Of a stretch of 64,000 bases of DNA, positions 16,170 to 25,993 are shown in pieces. This stretch comes from an uncultured Lachnospiraceae bacterium. GTDB taxonomy: Bacteria > Bacillota > Clostridia > Oscillospirales > CAG-272. The stretch lies in assembly GCA_964490165.1 (NCBI GenBank), contig CAZBAR010000008.1, positions 915-64,914 on the forward strand. Direction: 5' to 3'. The position numbers were made by a program, and so were the translations under genes. How positions within the stretch are numbered: the stretch's first letter is position 1; each line of letters begins with the position of its first letter. The notes under the pieces were generated by a model that was not told the DNA's origin, did no database searches, and saw nothing but the letters and a program-made list of their open reading frames with translations.

Positions 16170-18149
16170 ATGCCTGTAAAGAAGTTGATCTGTCTTATCA
16201 TTGCAGCGGCGCTGCTGTTAGTATCTCTCCCGGTGACGTCATTTGCCGCATTTACCGGCGACGAGCGCGTAGTTATCGTCCTTGATCCGGGACACGGCGG
16301 CGGGAATATAGGATCCGCCTATAACGGAGTCGGCGAGAAGGTGTACACATTCCGCCTTGCTACATACTTAAAGCAGTTTCTTGAAGAAAACGGAAACTTT
16401 ATCGTATATATGACCCGTGAGGGAGACTGGGATCTTGAGCTGTGCGAGCGCGGCATATTTGCAAACACCCATAACGCCGACGCCTTTATAAGCCTGCATT
16501 TCGACGGCAGCACTGACAAAAATCAACACGGTGTTACAGTATACACATCCGTTTTTGACTATGCAGCCCTTGTGACACTGGGCGCCTCCGTCGCATCAAA
16601 CGTCGCCGCATCAGTGGGAATGTCCTCAAACGGAGTAAAGCGCCGTCCTGACACCCAGTATTATTGGAGCACTGAGTACCAGTGGGATATTAAAGATCCC
16701 TCACTGGGCATTCTCTCAGACTATTACGGCCTACCCACATGGGGCGCAAAGTTCGGCATACCTACAATGATCGTTGAGCACGGATTTTTGTCAAATCCGT
16801 CCGACGGCGCCCTTATCTCCTCAGGTACAACTATTGAAAAGATGGCGCGCGCCGAGGCCGACTCCATTATTGCGTACTACACCAACCACACTCATACATA
16901 CGGCGCTATGAAGCAGGACTATCCGTCCAACTGTATGTTCGTGGGAAAGCAGTCTGAGCACTGCACCGTTTGCGGGCACCGCCGCAATATTCAGAGCCTT
17001 GCCCCTGCACCTGACAACCATTATTGGGAAAATGAAGTAACGGTGCCCGCAACCTGCGGACATGACGGAAGCATTACACGTGTCTGCCGTATCACCAACA
17101 ATCTGATCGACAAGAAGTATAAAAATATAACCAATCACGAATCAGTTCAAATCATCCCTGCACCGACCCAGCACGACTTCGCAGTGATATCTGAGGATGC
17201 CGCAACCCACACCAAGGACGGATATATCCAGTATAAGTGCAAGACCTGCAGTGAAACCTTTAAGGACATACTGTACGCAGAGGGACACACATGGGAGTCG
17301 ATAGGACACGCCGATCCCACCTGTACAACGGACGGCGGAACGACTTTCCGATGCACTGTATGCAGCGAAGAGTTTTTAGAGGTGGACGCCCGCGCCTACG
17401 GTCACAGCTATACAGTTACCGATGAGACTCTGCCGACCTGCACTGAGGACGGTGTGAGAACCTCGGTGTGCAGCGTTTGCAGCCATACTTCCGAGGAAAT
17501 TCTTCCCTCGACGGGGCATGATACGAGCCTTTGCGAGTCGGTGTCTGCAAGCTGCACTGCGGACGGATACCTTCGCGGTGAATGCTCCGTCTGCAGTGAG
17601 AAAATTGACGAGGTATATCCTGCCGCAGGACACAGCTTTTCAAGGGTCGTAAAAAAGGCCGCCACCTGTACCGAGGGCGGCGAGAGTCATAAGGAATGCA
17701 CTGTATGCGGCGAGACTGCGGACGAGACGACGTCCCCGCTCGGTCATTACTACCTGATGACGTCATATATTGAGTCAACCTGTGACAGGAAAGGCGCTGC
17801 TGAGTTTGTGTGCGATCGCTGCGGCGCGCATACCGCCGGAACGATGGCTATAGCGGAACACAGCTACGAGATCACAAGTGAGAAGGCTTCGGGATTGTTC
17901 AGCGCAGGAGAACAACACCTGACCTGTGAGTATTGCAGCGACTCAATCACACAGAAGTTCAGCTTCAGCTGTGTTGACATAGCAGTGCGTGTGTTCGGCT
18001 GCATTTCGGTGCTTTGTTTAGCGGGATCCGTAACGGTACTGGCGATATTTATCATCCGCAGAAAGAAAAATAACGAGATCGCAAGCAGTAATGACAGCGA
18101 GAGCGATCTTGATGAAGTTGAGATAGACGATATAGAGGTTATGCTGTGA
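16170..18149 (+). CDS. N-acetylmuramoyl-L-alanine amidase (Amidase_3) with nine tandem His/Cys3 modules and a C-terminal TM anchor
   Basis: Signal peptide MPVKKLICLIIAAALLLVSLPVTSFA. Amidase_3 motifs VLDPGHGG...SLHFD...EHGF. Then ~36-aa repeats of the form Hx(Y/W/F)..(T/S)C..G.....C..C, a TM helix, and an acidic tail. Confidence 0.85.
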   Translation: MPVKKLICLIIAAALLLVSLPVTSFAAFTGDERVVIVLDPGHGGGNIGSAYNGVGEKVYTFRLATYLKQFLEENGNFIVYMTREGDWDLELCERGIFANTHNADAFISLHFDGSTDKNQHGVTVYTSVFDYAALVTLGASVASNVAASVGMSSNGVKRRPDTQYYWSTEYQWDIKDPSLGILSDYYGLPTWGAKFGIPTMIVEHGFLSNPSDGALISSGTTIEKMARAEADSIIAYYTNHTHTYGAMKQDYPSNCMFVGKQSEHCTVCGHRRNIQSLAPAPDNHYWENEVTVPATCGHDGSITRVCRITNNLIDKKYKNITNHESVQIIPAPTQHDFAVISEDAATHTKDGYIQYKCKTCSETFKDILYAEGHTWESIGHADPTCTTDGGTTFRCTVCSEEFLEVDARAYGHSYTVTDETLPTCTEDGVRTSVCSVCSHTSEEILPSTGHDTSLCESVSASCTADGYLRGECSVCSEKIDEVYPAAGHSFSRVVKKAATCTEGGESHKECTVCGETADETTSPLGHYYLMTSYIESTCDRKGAAEFVCDRCGAHTAGTMAIAEHSYEITSEKASGLFSAGEQHLTCEYCSDSITQKFSFSCVDIAVRVFGCISVLCLAGSVTVLAIFIIRRKKNNEIASSNDSESDLDEVEIDDIEVML

Positions 18150-18161
18150 TAAGGTTATGAT

Positions 18162-18192
18162 AAAAAGCCTTCCCAATATGGGAAGGCTTTTT
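18162..18192. terminator. Bidirectional terminator between the amidase and FNT genes
   Basis: AAAAAGCCTTCCC-AATAT-GGGAAGGCTTTTT. Confidence 0.8.
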
Positions 18193-18194
18193 AG

Positions 18195-18812
18195 TTAGTC
18201 AGTCAACCATTTACGGCAGAGGGGGAATATGATCCCGCCGACAAAATTGCCTGCTGTTATAACAAGGAGTCGCAGCACCATGCCGGTACTCCACGCATCG
18301 GACAGCCATATATAAAACATATCTGCAACGCAGTGTTCAAAGCCGCAAATTATAAAAACCATTACGCCAAAGAACAGGGAAAGATACTTACCTATGTCAT
18401 GAGGTGCGTTCTTAAAGCCGTCTACTCCTATATAGATGAATATATTACACAAAATTCCCAGTACAAACAGGCTTACAAAGCCGTCACCCGCCTTTGTTTC
18501 GCACAGTGATGCCGCCTTAGCGGATATAATGCTTATCCTTGAAAGGCGCACTGCAAGCGCCGCCGCGCCCGTGCCGACAAGATTGCCCAGCCATACGAGC
18601 ACAAGTGATGCGGCATATTTTCCATCATTCTGAAACACATAGCAGACCTTGCCTGTGAAAAGGTGCAGGCCGAAATTGCAGACGCAAAACAGACCCACGG
18701 TGAAAAACAGTGCGCCGAGGACCTTATTATCCAGCGACAGATACACAGTGCCGCCAAAGCCTATGCAAAGTCCTGCAAGAATTGCGGACACAAAAATTTT
18801 TACAGCTTTCAT
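18195..18812 (-). CDS. Formate/nitrite transporter (FNT) family channel, short form
   Basis: Polytopic 205-aa protein with FNT-like motifs GLHLFTGK and CGFEHCVADMFY. Confidence 0.7.
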   Translation of the reverse strand: MKAVKIFVSAILAGLCIGFGGTVYLSLDNKVLGALFFTVGLFCVCNFGLHLFTGKVCYVFQNDGKYAASLVLVWLGNLVGTGAAALAVRLSRISIISAKAASLCETKAGDGFVSLFVLGILCNIFIYIGVDGFKNAPHDIGKYLSLFFGVMVFIICGFEHCVADMFYIWLSDAWSTGMVLRLLVITAGNFVGGIIFPLCRKWLTD

Positions 18813-18941
18813 ACAAAAATCCCTAAATTTCTTTATTTATAGCAATAGGCTACCACAAAAACCGGGAAATGTCAACAGGGATACAAAACTCTCGCTGCAT
18901 TTTTCGCTGATCTGATTCAGTGATATACACATTTTTTACGC

Positions 18942-18978
18942 AAAACAGCGCTCCCGAAGGAGCGCTGTTTAATTTTTT
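18942..18978. terminator. Terminator downstream of the dockerin protein gene (bidirectional shape)
   Basis: AAACAGCGCTCC-CGAA-GGAGCGCTGTTT flanked by A- and T-runs. Confidence 0.75.
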
Positions 18979-19003
18979 AGCATAGAAGCTATCTAAGCTT
19001 ATC

Positions 19004-21406
19004 TTAGCCCATGAGAGCCTTTCTCATTACGAGCTGGTCCTTAGCATTGATAGCACCGTCACCGTTAGCATCTGCTCTGGAGGTGAGGATATCCTTATCG
19101 CTGTAAACTCTTGCGAGATACTTTCTCATTGCGAGAGTATCAGCAGCGGTAAGAGTGTAGTCACCGTCAAGGTCGCCTGCATAGGTTCTGTTGGTGTATG
19201 CAAAGTCTGCAGAACCGATAGCCATAGCATCAACATCAAAGCTGACACCGAAGTCACGAAGGATTATATAGTCAAGAGAGTTCTTGCTATAAGGCAGGTT
19301 GAAGAATGCACTTGCGCTACCAACTTCTACAGGATCGCCCCAGTCATCCTCAACGAGGTTGCCGTTCTCATCCTTGAGATAGCTAAAGCTGAAGTCGATG
19401 TACTCAACGCCGTTTACAAACAGCTTGAGAGATGCAAACTGATCAAACTCACGAGCCTCATCATCAGTCTTGAAGTAAGACATAGAAACTGCAAAGTTGT
19501 ATGCTTCGCCTTCTACCATAGTAAAGTCTACTGTCTTAGCAGAGAAGTTACCGCCGGGGAAAGGATTTGCCTGGTTGGGGCCTCCATTGTTAGGAACAAG
19601 GAAGAGCTTGTGCTGGTCAGCATTATAACCGATCTGAGCAGTTATAGTGTCAGCACCGCCGCACCAGAAGTACAGAACGTGACCGTAGCCGGGCTTGCCG
19701 TCTGCGTACTCTACAGAGCCGCCGACTGTGTCGAATGTGCCGTTGTAGATAAGGTCAATGTTCCAAGACCAGTTGTTAGCATTTACATTGCTTACAGTGT
19801 AGTAAATGTTGTAGTTATTCTCATTTGCAGCTGCAGTAGAAGTACCTGTGCCGCCGCCGAATACGAGAACGCCGCGATCTGCATCGCAAGCCCATGTTTC
19901 AGAGGTCCAGCTGTTATCGATAACGATAGCCATATCGTCGCTCATATCATGGTACTCATAAAGTGTGCCGGTGTATGTGTCTGCATCGGGAAGAGTAGTA
20001 TATCTTCTCTCTGTGCAGTCCGTGTTCTTACAGAAGGTGTAAACCAAACCGTCTTCTGTCTTGTTGTTGATGTTATAACCTGCGTAGTTGTGAGGTACCT
20101 TAGCTACAGGAGCATTTGACTTAACAGCGCCGCAAACTGCACAGTAGATAGCGTCATTACCCTCTTTGAAGCACTTAGGAGCTTCTGTTCTCACAAGCTT
20201 ACCGTTGATGTGACCGTTTGCTGCGCAGAGATCCTCAGCGTCAAGGTCAATAGTCTTAGCAACAGTGCTCTTAATAACAGTGTTTTCGATTGCGTTGTAT
20301 TTAATATCCATGAGCTGGATATTGTCAAGAACAGTAGAAGCGTTGTGAGGCATGAAGATCATGTTATCCCAAGCCTGAGCGCCTGCCCTGCTTGTGTAAA
20401 CAAGCTCTTTGTCGACATAGATCTGACCAACATTCTGGCTGAAGTTGATTACATATGTAACGTTCTTGAAGTTGTTGATAGTAGCTTCGCCCCAATCGAA
20501 CTGTACGAAGTCCTTAGTGTTGCCGGATTCTGTACCGACAAAGCCCTTAAGACCGTCTGCTGTGGGCATTACGCCGACCTTCCAACGGATGAGCTGTGTA
20601 CCGCTGCTTGTGTTGTTTGTCCACATCTCGAAGCAGCTGCCCTCGGTAGATTCGTTGACAGGAAGAACTGCAAGGTCAAAGTTCATGATGAAGCTTCCCT
20701 TGTTTACCTTAAAGCCGTCATTCATGAAGCTGTCGCTGTCGATGTAAGTGTTGATATCGTTTACACCGTATTCGGGAGTCTGCTCGATAAGGAGAGCGCT
20801 GCCGCCAACTTCCTTAGTTTCAAAGTGATCGAATATGCTTTCTTCTTTGATTACATATTCAGCGCGCTGACCCTGAACACCGTAGTCGTAGTTGTCATCC
20901 TCGAAGTCGCAGAACCAGTTACCGATTCTGTAGTTGTCGTAGGATACTCTGTCAAAGCCACAGTACTCAACAATCTTATTGCCATTTTCTTTGTCTGTGT
21001 AAAGACCCATTACTGCGTTTACTGTACCTACATTTACGCCGTCAACATATATTGTGGTCTTGCCGTCTTCTGCATCCCACTTAATATGATACCAACGACC
21101 TACCTCGTATGTGCCGGGGATCTTTTCGCCTCCTACACCTACAGCGGATGTAGAGAATGCAGGACCGTTGTACAGACCGTAGCCAAATATCTCACTGTCT
21201 GCTTCGTCAAGTCTGACGTCTATTTCTACGTCAAAGTTGCTGCCCTGATCGCCGATCTCCTTATAGTGGAAGGAGTTGCCCGAAGGCTGCGTCCAGTAAT
21301 GATTTACCGTCTCGTTCTTAGTTACTACCTGCACAGCAGACAGACCGACTGCCATACTGGAAAGCAGCATAGCAAGTGTAAGAACAATTGCTAAAATTTT
21401 TTTCAT
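19004..21406 (-). CDS. Secreted dockerin-containing protein of unknown function
   Basis: Signal peptide MKKILAIVLTLAMLLSSMAVGLSA. C-terminal type I dockerin duplicate DLDGDYTLTAAD...DANGDGAINAKD. One internal Cys-rich module resembles those of the amidase. Confidence 0.85.
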   Translation of the reverse strand: MKKILAIVLTLAMLLSSMAVGLSAVQVVTKNETVNHYWTQPSGNSFHYKEIGDQGSNFDVEIDVRLDEADSEIFGYGLYNGPAFSTSAVGVGGEKIPGTYEVGRWYHIKWDAEDGKTTIYVDGVNVGTVNAVMGLYTDKENGNKIVEYCGFDRVSYDNYRIGNWFCDFEDDNYDYGVQGQRAEYVIKEESIFDHFETKEVGGSALLIEQTPEYGVNDINTYIDSDSFMNDGFKVNKGSFIMNFDLAVLPVNESTEGSCFEMWTNNTSSGTQLIRWKVGVMPTADGLKGFVGTESGNTKDFVQFDWGEATINNFKNVTYVINFSQNVGQIYVDKELVYTSRAGAQAWDNMIFMPHNASTVLDNIQLMDIKYNAIENTVIKSTVAKTIDLDAEDLCAANGHINGKLVRTEAPKCFKEGNDAIYCAVCGAVKSNAPVAKVPHNYAGYNINNKTEDGLVYTFCKNTDCTERRYTTLPDADTYTGTLYEYHDMSDDMAIVIDNSWTSETWACDADRGVLVFGGGTGTSTAAANENNYNIYYTVSNVNANNWSWNIDLIYNGTFDTVGGSVEYADGKPGYGHVLYFWCGGADTITAQIGYNADQHKLFLVPNNGGPNQANPFPGGNFSAKTVDFTMVEGEAYNFAVSMSYFKTDDEAREFDQFASLKLFVNGVEYIDFSFSYLKDENGNLVEDDWGDPVEVGSASAFFNLPYSKNSLDYIILRDFGVSFDVDAMAIGSADFAYTNRTYAGDLDGDYTLTAADTLAMRKYLARVYSDKDILTSRADANGDGAINAKDQLVMRKALMG

Positions 21407-21873
21407 TGGATAAACCTCCATTTAATTTGGTAATACAATTGTAGCATTCATATCACAAAATGTCAATACTTTTTAGGGATTTTTTTGTATATTATATGGA
21501 AAGCGTTCTAAAATGAGCAGACAAAAAATATGCGATTTTCACATCAGTCACCATTTGTGGGCGCAGTTTTTGTAAATCATCCCACATATAGTGCAGCTGT
21601 CACTGTTTTCAGCGCATTTTTCTTGATCATGACGCATTTTCAGGAGTGATGTTTTTATAATTTTCTACATTATTATATAGGAGGACAGGCGTCAGAAATA
21701 TTTTTGTTCAGTTTTTATAATCTTTTATAATCGGAACAAAAGCGGCGGCTTCAGGCGAGGGAGTTTTATTGCACCACTTATTAGTTTTTCGCAAACTTCG
21801 CTTCTTTTTATTATACTCGCCTGTCTGTTGTCATAGAATATAAAATAAAAGTAAACACTTTATCGGGGGGCTT

Positions 21874-22188
21874 ATGATTTTTGAAATAAGGTCAATGGGC
21901 ACGGGGACTGCAAGCATACGGCTGCCTGTATTCAGCGCTGAGGATAGCGAGGCAGGGAATGCGGCGCGGATGAACACTTTTTATGAAAAACTGGCAGGGT
22001 ATATTAAGGAATTTATCGAGTCGGAGGATTTTCCCGCCGGAGGGCGTTACCGTGCAGAGGGAAAATGCACCGAGGGCGAGGACGGGAGCATTACGGTATC
22101 TGTTACGCTGTCGCTGCACCACCGCGGCAGGTGCACGGCTCGGCGTGTTATAAGCCACACGTGGAGAGACGGAGTTATTATAGGATAA
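21874..22188 (+). CDS. Hypothetical protein (104 aa)
   Basis: ORF with a GGGGGG purine run 4 nt upstream of the ATG and a non-repetitive, balanced composition. I recognised no family. Confidence 0.45.
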   Translation: MIFEIRSMGTGTASIRLPVFSAEDSEAGNAARMNTFYEKLAGYIKEFIESEDFPAGGRYRAEGKCTEGEDGSITVSVTLSLHHRGRCTARRVISHTWRDGVIIG

Positions 22189-22295
22189 ATGGCGGATGTT
22201 TTTGATATAAAAATAAACACGCAAACTTTTATTCCTATTTATTATATATTATTATATAGCCGCCGAAAGGCTGTAAAAATTATTGATATAATTTT

Positions 22296-22324
22296 CTTGA
22301 AATGGAAAAATGTTTGTGATATAA
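22296..22324 (+). promoter_or_regulatory. Candidate sigma-A promoter of the ntp (V-ATPase) operon
   Basis: TTGAAA-17 nt-TATAAT, ~70 nt upstream of ntpF. Confidence 0.6.
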
Positions 22325-22396
22325 TAACAATGAATACTCTGACTACAGATATTTTTTAGCAAACTAACATAATTTTCGTATAGAGGAGGGTATGCT

Positions 22397-22717
22397 GTGA
22401 CTAACGAAGCCATTGACACGATCCGCAAAACAGAGGACGAAGCTGAGGCTTGTATTGCCGACGCCAGAGCAGAGGCTGCAGAGAAAGTACGGTCGGCGAA
22501 GCTGAGGGCAGACGAGATACTGAAGGAAGCAGAAGCAGCCGCCGCGAAGATCGCCGCGTCTGCTGAAAAGACCGCCGCCGATCACGCTGACGGTGTTATA
22601 GCCAAAGGGTCGGAGAATGCCAGAAATGAAGCCAAGAAAGCAGTAGCGGCGGCTGAACCGAAAGTAGAAGCTGCCGCCGATGAAATTATTCGGGAGATAT
22701 TTGAAAAATGGCAGTAA
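22397..22717 (+). CDS. ntpF: V-type ATPase peripheral-stalk subunit (E. hirae NtpF / subunit G-like)
   Basis: 106-aa Ala/Glu/Lys-rich coiled-coil protein. It is the first gene of the ntp operon. Start is GTG 6 nt after GGAGGG. Confidence 0.7.
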   Translation: MTNEAIDTIRKTEDEAEACIADARAEAAEKVRSAKLRADEILKEAEAAAAKIAASAEKTAADHADGVIAKGSENARNEAKKAVAAAEPKVEAAADEIIREIFEKWQ

Positions 22718-24639
22718 GTGAGATGAAAAAGCTATCCTGCATTGTCCCCGCCGACAGTGCAGACAGGCTTATCGCCTCTCTACAGCGTCTCGCCTGTGTG
22801 GAGATCATTACACACGACCATGACACCACCGGGCTTGCCCGCGCCGACACGGAGAGCGCAGCGGAGTATCTTACAAAAGATATTTCCACGGTGCGACGCG
22901 CCATAGAAATTCTTATGGCGTATGATATGAGAAAATATTCCGTGTTTGACGCTCCTGCCGAAGCGTCTATTGACGACTTTGACAGCGGACTTGACGCGAT
23001 CGCTTTAGCTGAGGCAAAGGCTGCCTGCGAATTGGGTGACAGGATAGACAAGCTTAAAACACGCATTTGCGACAGTGAAGCTGCCCTGGCGGCATTGCTG
23101 CCGTGGGTGGGCATAAATATTGCCCTGCCCGAGGATGAAACGGCACACACGGTGACGATCGGCGGCACGCTGCCCCAAAACATCGCCATGGACGCAGTGG
23201 AGGACAGGCTTAGCGAGCTTGCCTGCGTTATACAGACCGTGCAAGCCACCGGCAAGAGTGCGAGGGTCATAAGTGTGAGCGCCCACAGGGACGATATCGA
23301 TCAGGTGCGCGCCGTGCTCTCCTCCTTCGGATTTTCGCGCTGCACTGTAAGCACAAAAAAAGAGGACGGCTATGCCGAGGGTGCTGCGGCTGTTTGCCGG
23401 CGTCAGCTGGAGGCCGCAGGCGCCGAGCTTGAAGCGGCAAAGAAAAAGGCTGTCAGTCTTGCAGAAAAGCTGCCGGATCTGAAGGCGCTGTACGACGTAT
23501 TGCAAACAAGGCGCAGACGGCTTGAAGCAAAGGCGTCGCTTGGCTGCACAAAAAGCACTGCGGTGCTTTCCGGCTGGGTGCCTGCGTCGGCTGAAAAAAA
23601 GGTGGAAAAGCTGCTGACGGACGCAGGTGCGGCGTATGACTTTGAAGAGCCTCAGGAGGGCGACGATGTTCCCGTAGCGCTTTCCAACAACGCATTTGCA
23701 AGAAATTTCGAACCTATCGTATCCATGTATGCGCTGCCGCTGTACGGCAGATTTGACCCGACCATGATCGTATCGCTGTTTTACGCCGTAATATTCGGCC
23801 TGATGTTTGCGGACGTAGGCTACGGACTTATACTGCTGGCGGGATGTCTTGCGGGGCTTCGGCTCCTTCACCCCAAAGAGGGAATGAAAAAGCTGCTTAA
23901 TATGTTCGCCATATGCAGCGTTGCCTGTATAATCGCAGGTGTGCTGTTCGGCGGATACTTCGGAGACCTGCCAAACGCGCTTATGAAGGGCTTCGGCGGA
24001 CGCGAGGACACGGGAAGTCTTTCGGTATGGTTCGACATGGTGGAAAACCCTATGGCGTTCCTTATAGTATCCCTTGCGGTAGGCGTTGTTCATATGGTCA
24101 GCGGAATGGTCATAAAGTTTATCATTTTATGCCGCGACGGGCACGTGCCTGATGCGATATTCGATGTGGGCAGCTGGCTTGTTCTGTTCGCCGGCATAGG
24201 CGTGATGTTTATAAATTCCACAGCCGGGCTTATAACCGCGGGCGTGGGCGCGCTGATGCTTATCTGCACGCAGGGCAGGCACGAAAAAAGCATAATTATG
24301 AAAATAGGCAAGGGAGTTATGAGCCTTTACGATATCGTAAGCTACGCTTCGGATCTTTTGTCCTATTCCAGAATACTGGCGCTCGGTCTTGCGAGCACGG
24401 TCATTGCAAACGTTGTAAACCTGCTGGCTACCATGGGCGGTGCAACAGTACCGGGAGTTATAATGTTTATTCTGATATTCTTAGCAGGCCACGTTATAAA
24501 CTTCCTTGTAAACATTCTGGGCACGTATGTCCACACAAGCCGATTGCAGTATATTGAATTTTTCGGCAAGTTTTACGAGTCCGGCGGCAGAGAGTTTGCA
24601 CCTCTTGCTCCGGAAGAAAAATATGTAAGCCTCAGATAA
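22708..24639 (+). CDS. ntpI: V-type ATPase subunit I (membrane stator)
   Basis: 643 aa. Soluble N-terminal half followed by a polytopic C-terminal half ending ...HTSRLQYIEFFGKFYESGG, which contains the conserved Arg helix. Confidence 0.9.
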   Translation: MAVSEMKKLSCIVPADSADRLIASLQRLACVEIITHDHDTTGLARADTESAAEYLTKDISTVRRAIEILMAYDMRKYSVFDAPAEASIDDFDSGLDAIALAEAKAACELGDRIDKLKTRICDSEAALAALLPWVGINIALPEDETAHTVTIGGTLPQNIAMDAVEDRLSELACVIQTVQATGKSARVISVSAHRDDIDQVRAVLSSFGFSRCTVSTKKEDGYAEGAAAVCRRQLEAAGAELEAAKKKAVSLAEKLPDLKALYDVLQTRRRRLEAKASLGCTKSTAVLSGWVPASAEKKVEKLLTDAGAAYDFEEPQEGDDVPVALSNNAFARNFEPIVSMYALPLYGRFDPTMIVSLFYAVIFGLMFADVGYGLILLAGCLAGLRLLHPKEGMKKLLNMFAICSVACIIAGVLFGGYFGDLPNALMKGFGGREDTGSLSVWFDMVENPMAFLIVSLAVGVVHMVSGMVIKFIILCRDGHVPDAIFDVGSWLVLFAGIGVMFINSTAGLITAGVGALMLICTQGRHEKSIIMKIGKGVMSLYDIVSYASDLLSYSRILALGLASTVIANVVNLLATMGGATVPGVIMFILIFLAGHVINFLVNILGTYVHTSRLQYIEFFGKFYESGGREFAPLAPEEKYVSLR

Positions 24640-24684
24640 AAAATAAAATATTAAGATAACATAAGTCAGAAAGGAAAAATCATC

Positions 24685-25182
24685 ATGACATTCGGACAGC
24701 TTCTCAATCTTATTTTTACAGGACAGAATCTTGCAATTCTCGGCGCAGTTCTTGCTGCAGCTCTTGCCTGCATCGGCAGTGCTAAGGGCGTCGGCATCGT
24801 CGGCGAGGCGGCAAGCGGTATGCTTGCTGAGGATCCTTCAAAGTTCAGCCAGGCGCTGCTTTTGCAGGCTCTTCCCGGTACACAGGGTATTTACGGCTTC
24901 GTAACCGCGTTTCTTATTATGTTGAAGCTCAACATTTTCGGAGGAATGGCTGAAATAAGCGTAGGTCAGGGTATGTATCTTTTCGCAACCGCGCTTCCCA
25001 TCGCTATCGTAGGTTATTTCTCAGGCATTGCGCAGGGCAAGGTTGCCGCAAGCGGTATTGAGCTCGTTTCTCGCCGCGAGGGTCAGGTCATCAAGGCTAT
25101 CACCTCGGCTGCTCTTGTTGAGACATATGCTATTTTCGCACTTCTTGTATCTCTTCTTCCCATTCTGTTCTTCGAGGTATAA
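24685..25182 (+). CDS. ntpK: V-type ATPase proteolipid subunit K (4-TM, Na+-site signature)
   Basis: 165 aa, closely parallel to E. hirae NtpK: GSAKGVG, LPGTQGIYGF, GIAQGKVAA, VETYAI. Confidence 0.92.
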   Translation: MTFGQLLNLIFTGQNLAILGAVLAAALACIGSAKGVGIVGEAASGMLAEDPSKFSQALLLQALPGTQGIYGFVTAFLIMLKLNIFGGMAEISVGQGMYLFATALPIAIVGYFSGIAQGKVAASGIELVSRREGQVIKAITSAALVETYAIFALLVSLLPILFFEV

Positions 25183-25235
25183 TCAAAGATACCCTATTTT
25201 CGGAAAAATCAAAGAAAGGGGACAGGGAACACTGA

Positions 25236-25970
25236 ATGCAAAATCTTGATAAAATTACAGATAAAATAAAGTCAGACGCCGACAGCCGCAAGGAGCGGAT
25301 ATTGGCTGACGCGGAGCGCTCTTTCGACGAGATAATAAAGAACGCAGAGAGTCGCGCCGAAAAAATGCTGGCTAAGGCAAAAAACAGATCCCGCCGCGAA
25401 GCGCTGGAGGTTGCAAAAAGAGCATACTCCACCGCTGATATGAGAGAGCGCGAGCTTATGCTTGCCACCCGCGTGGGCCTTATAAACAAAGCCTTTCGCG
25501 AGGCGAGGCGCCGGCTTTTGCAGCTCAGCGATGACGATTACTGCTCGCTGGCGGCGCATCTTCTGGCGGACGCTGCCACAGAACGCATTGAAGCTGCAAA
25601 GCGTCTGAAAAAGACATACGGAGACAGCGAGGACTGCTGCGTTGATTTCGAGGTACTTTTCCGCAAGGAGGATCTTGAAGAGAGAGCGCCCCTGATAATC
25701 AAAGCGGCAAAGGCTGTTATGCGCACAAAATCGGCAACGCTCGGCAGAACGCCTTTTGCAATAAGCGAGGAGGTCGCCGACATTGACGGCGGCGTTATCC
25801 TTCGCTACGGCGACATTGAAACAAACTGCTCCTTTGAGGCTGTTATAAGCGATGCAAGAGAAAGGCTTGAGGGACGTGTTGCCGAGATCCTGTTTTCGCC
25901 TGCTTCGCTTTCGGGGGAAGACGCATACGAGGACAGTAAAGACAGTAACGATAACAATAATGAAGAATAA
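25236..25970 (+). CDS. ntpE: V-type ATPase subunit E
   Basis: Long N-terminal coiled coil (ILADAERSFDEIIKNAESRAEKMLAKAK) plus a globular C-terminus. Operon position fits. It also has an acidic C-terminal tail. Confidence 0.8.
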   Translation: MQNLDKITDKIKSDADSRKERILADAERSFDEIIKNAESRAEKMLAKAKNRSRREALEVAKRAYSTADMRERELMLATRVGLINKAFREARRRLLQLSDDDYCSLAAHLLADAATERIEAAKRLKKTYGDSEDCCVDFEVLFRKEDLEERAPLIIKAAKAVMRTKSATLGRTPFAISEEVADIDGGVILRYGDIETNCSFEAVISDARERLEGRVAEILFSPASLSGEDAYEDSKDSNDNNNEE

Positions 25971-25993
25971 ACGGCAAGCGAGGGGGTGGAATA

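Noticed and set aside
20210-21394. 394-aa plus-strand ORF opposite the dockerin protein gene
   Set aside because: It is antisense to a gene with a clear signal peptide and dockerin. Its translation is Val/Cys-rich nonsense-like sequence with no start context.
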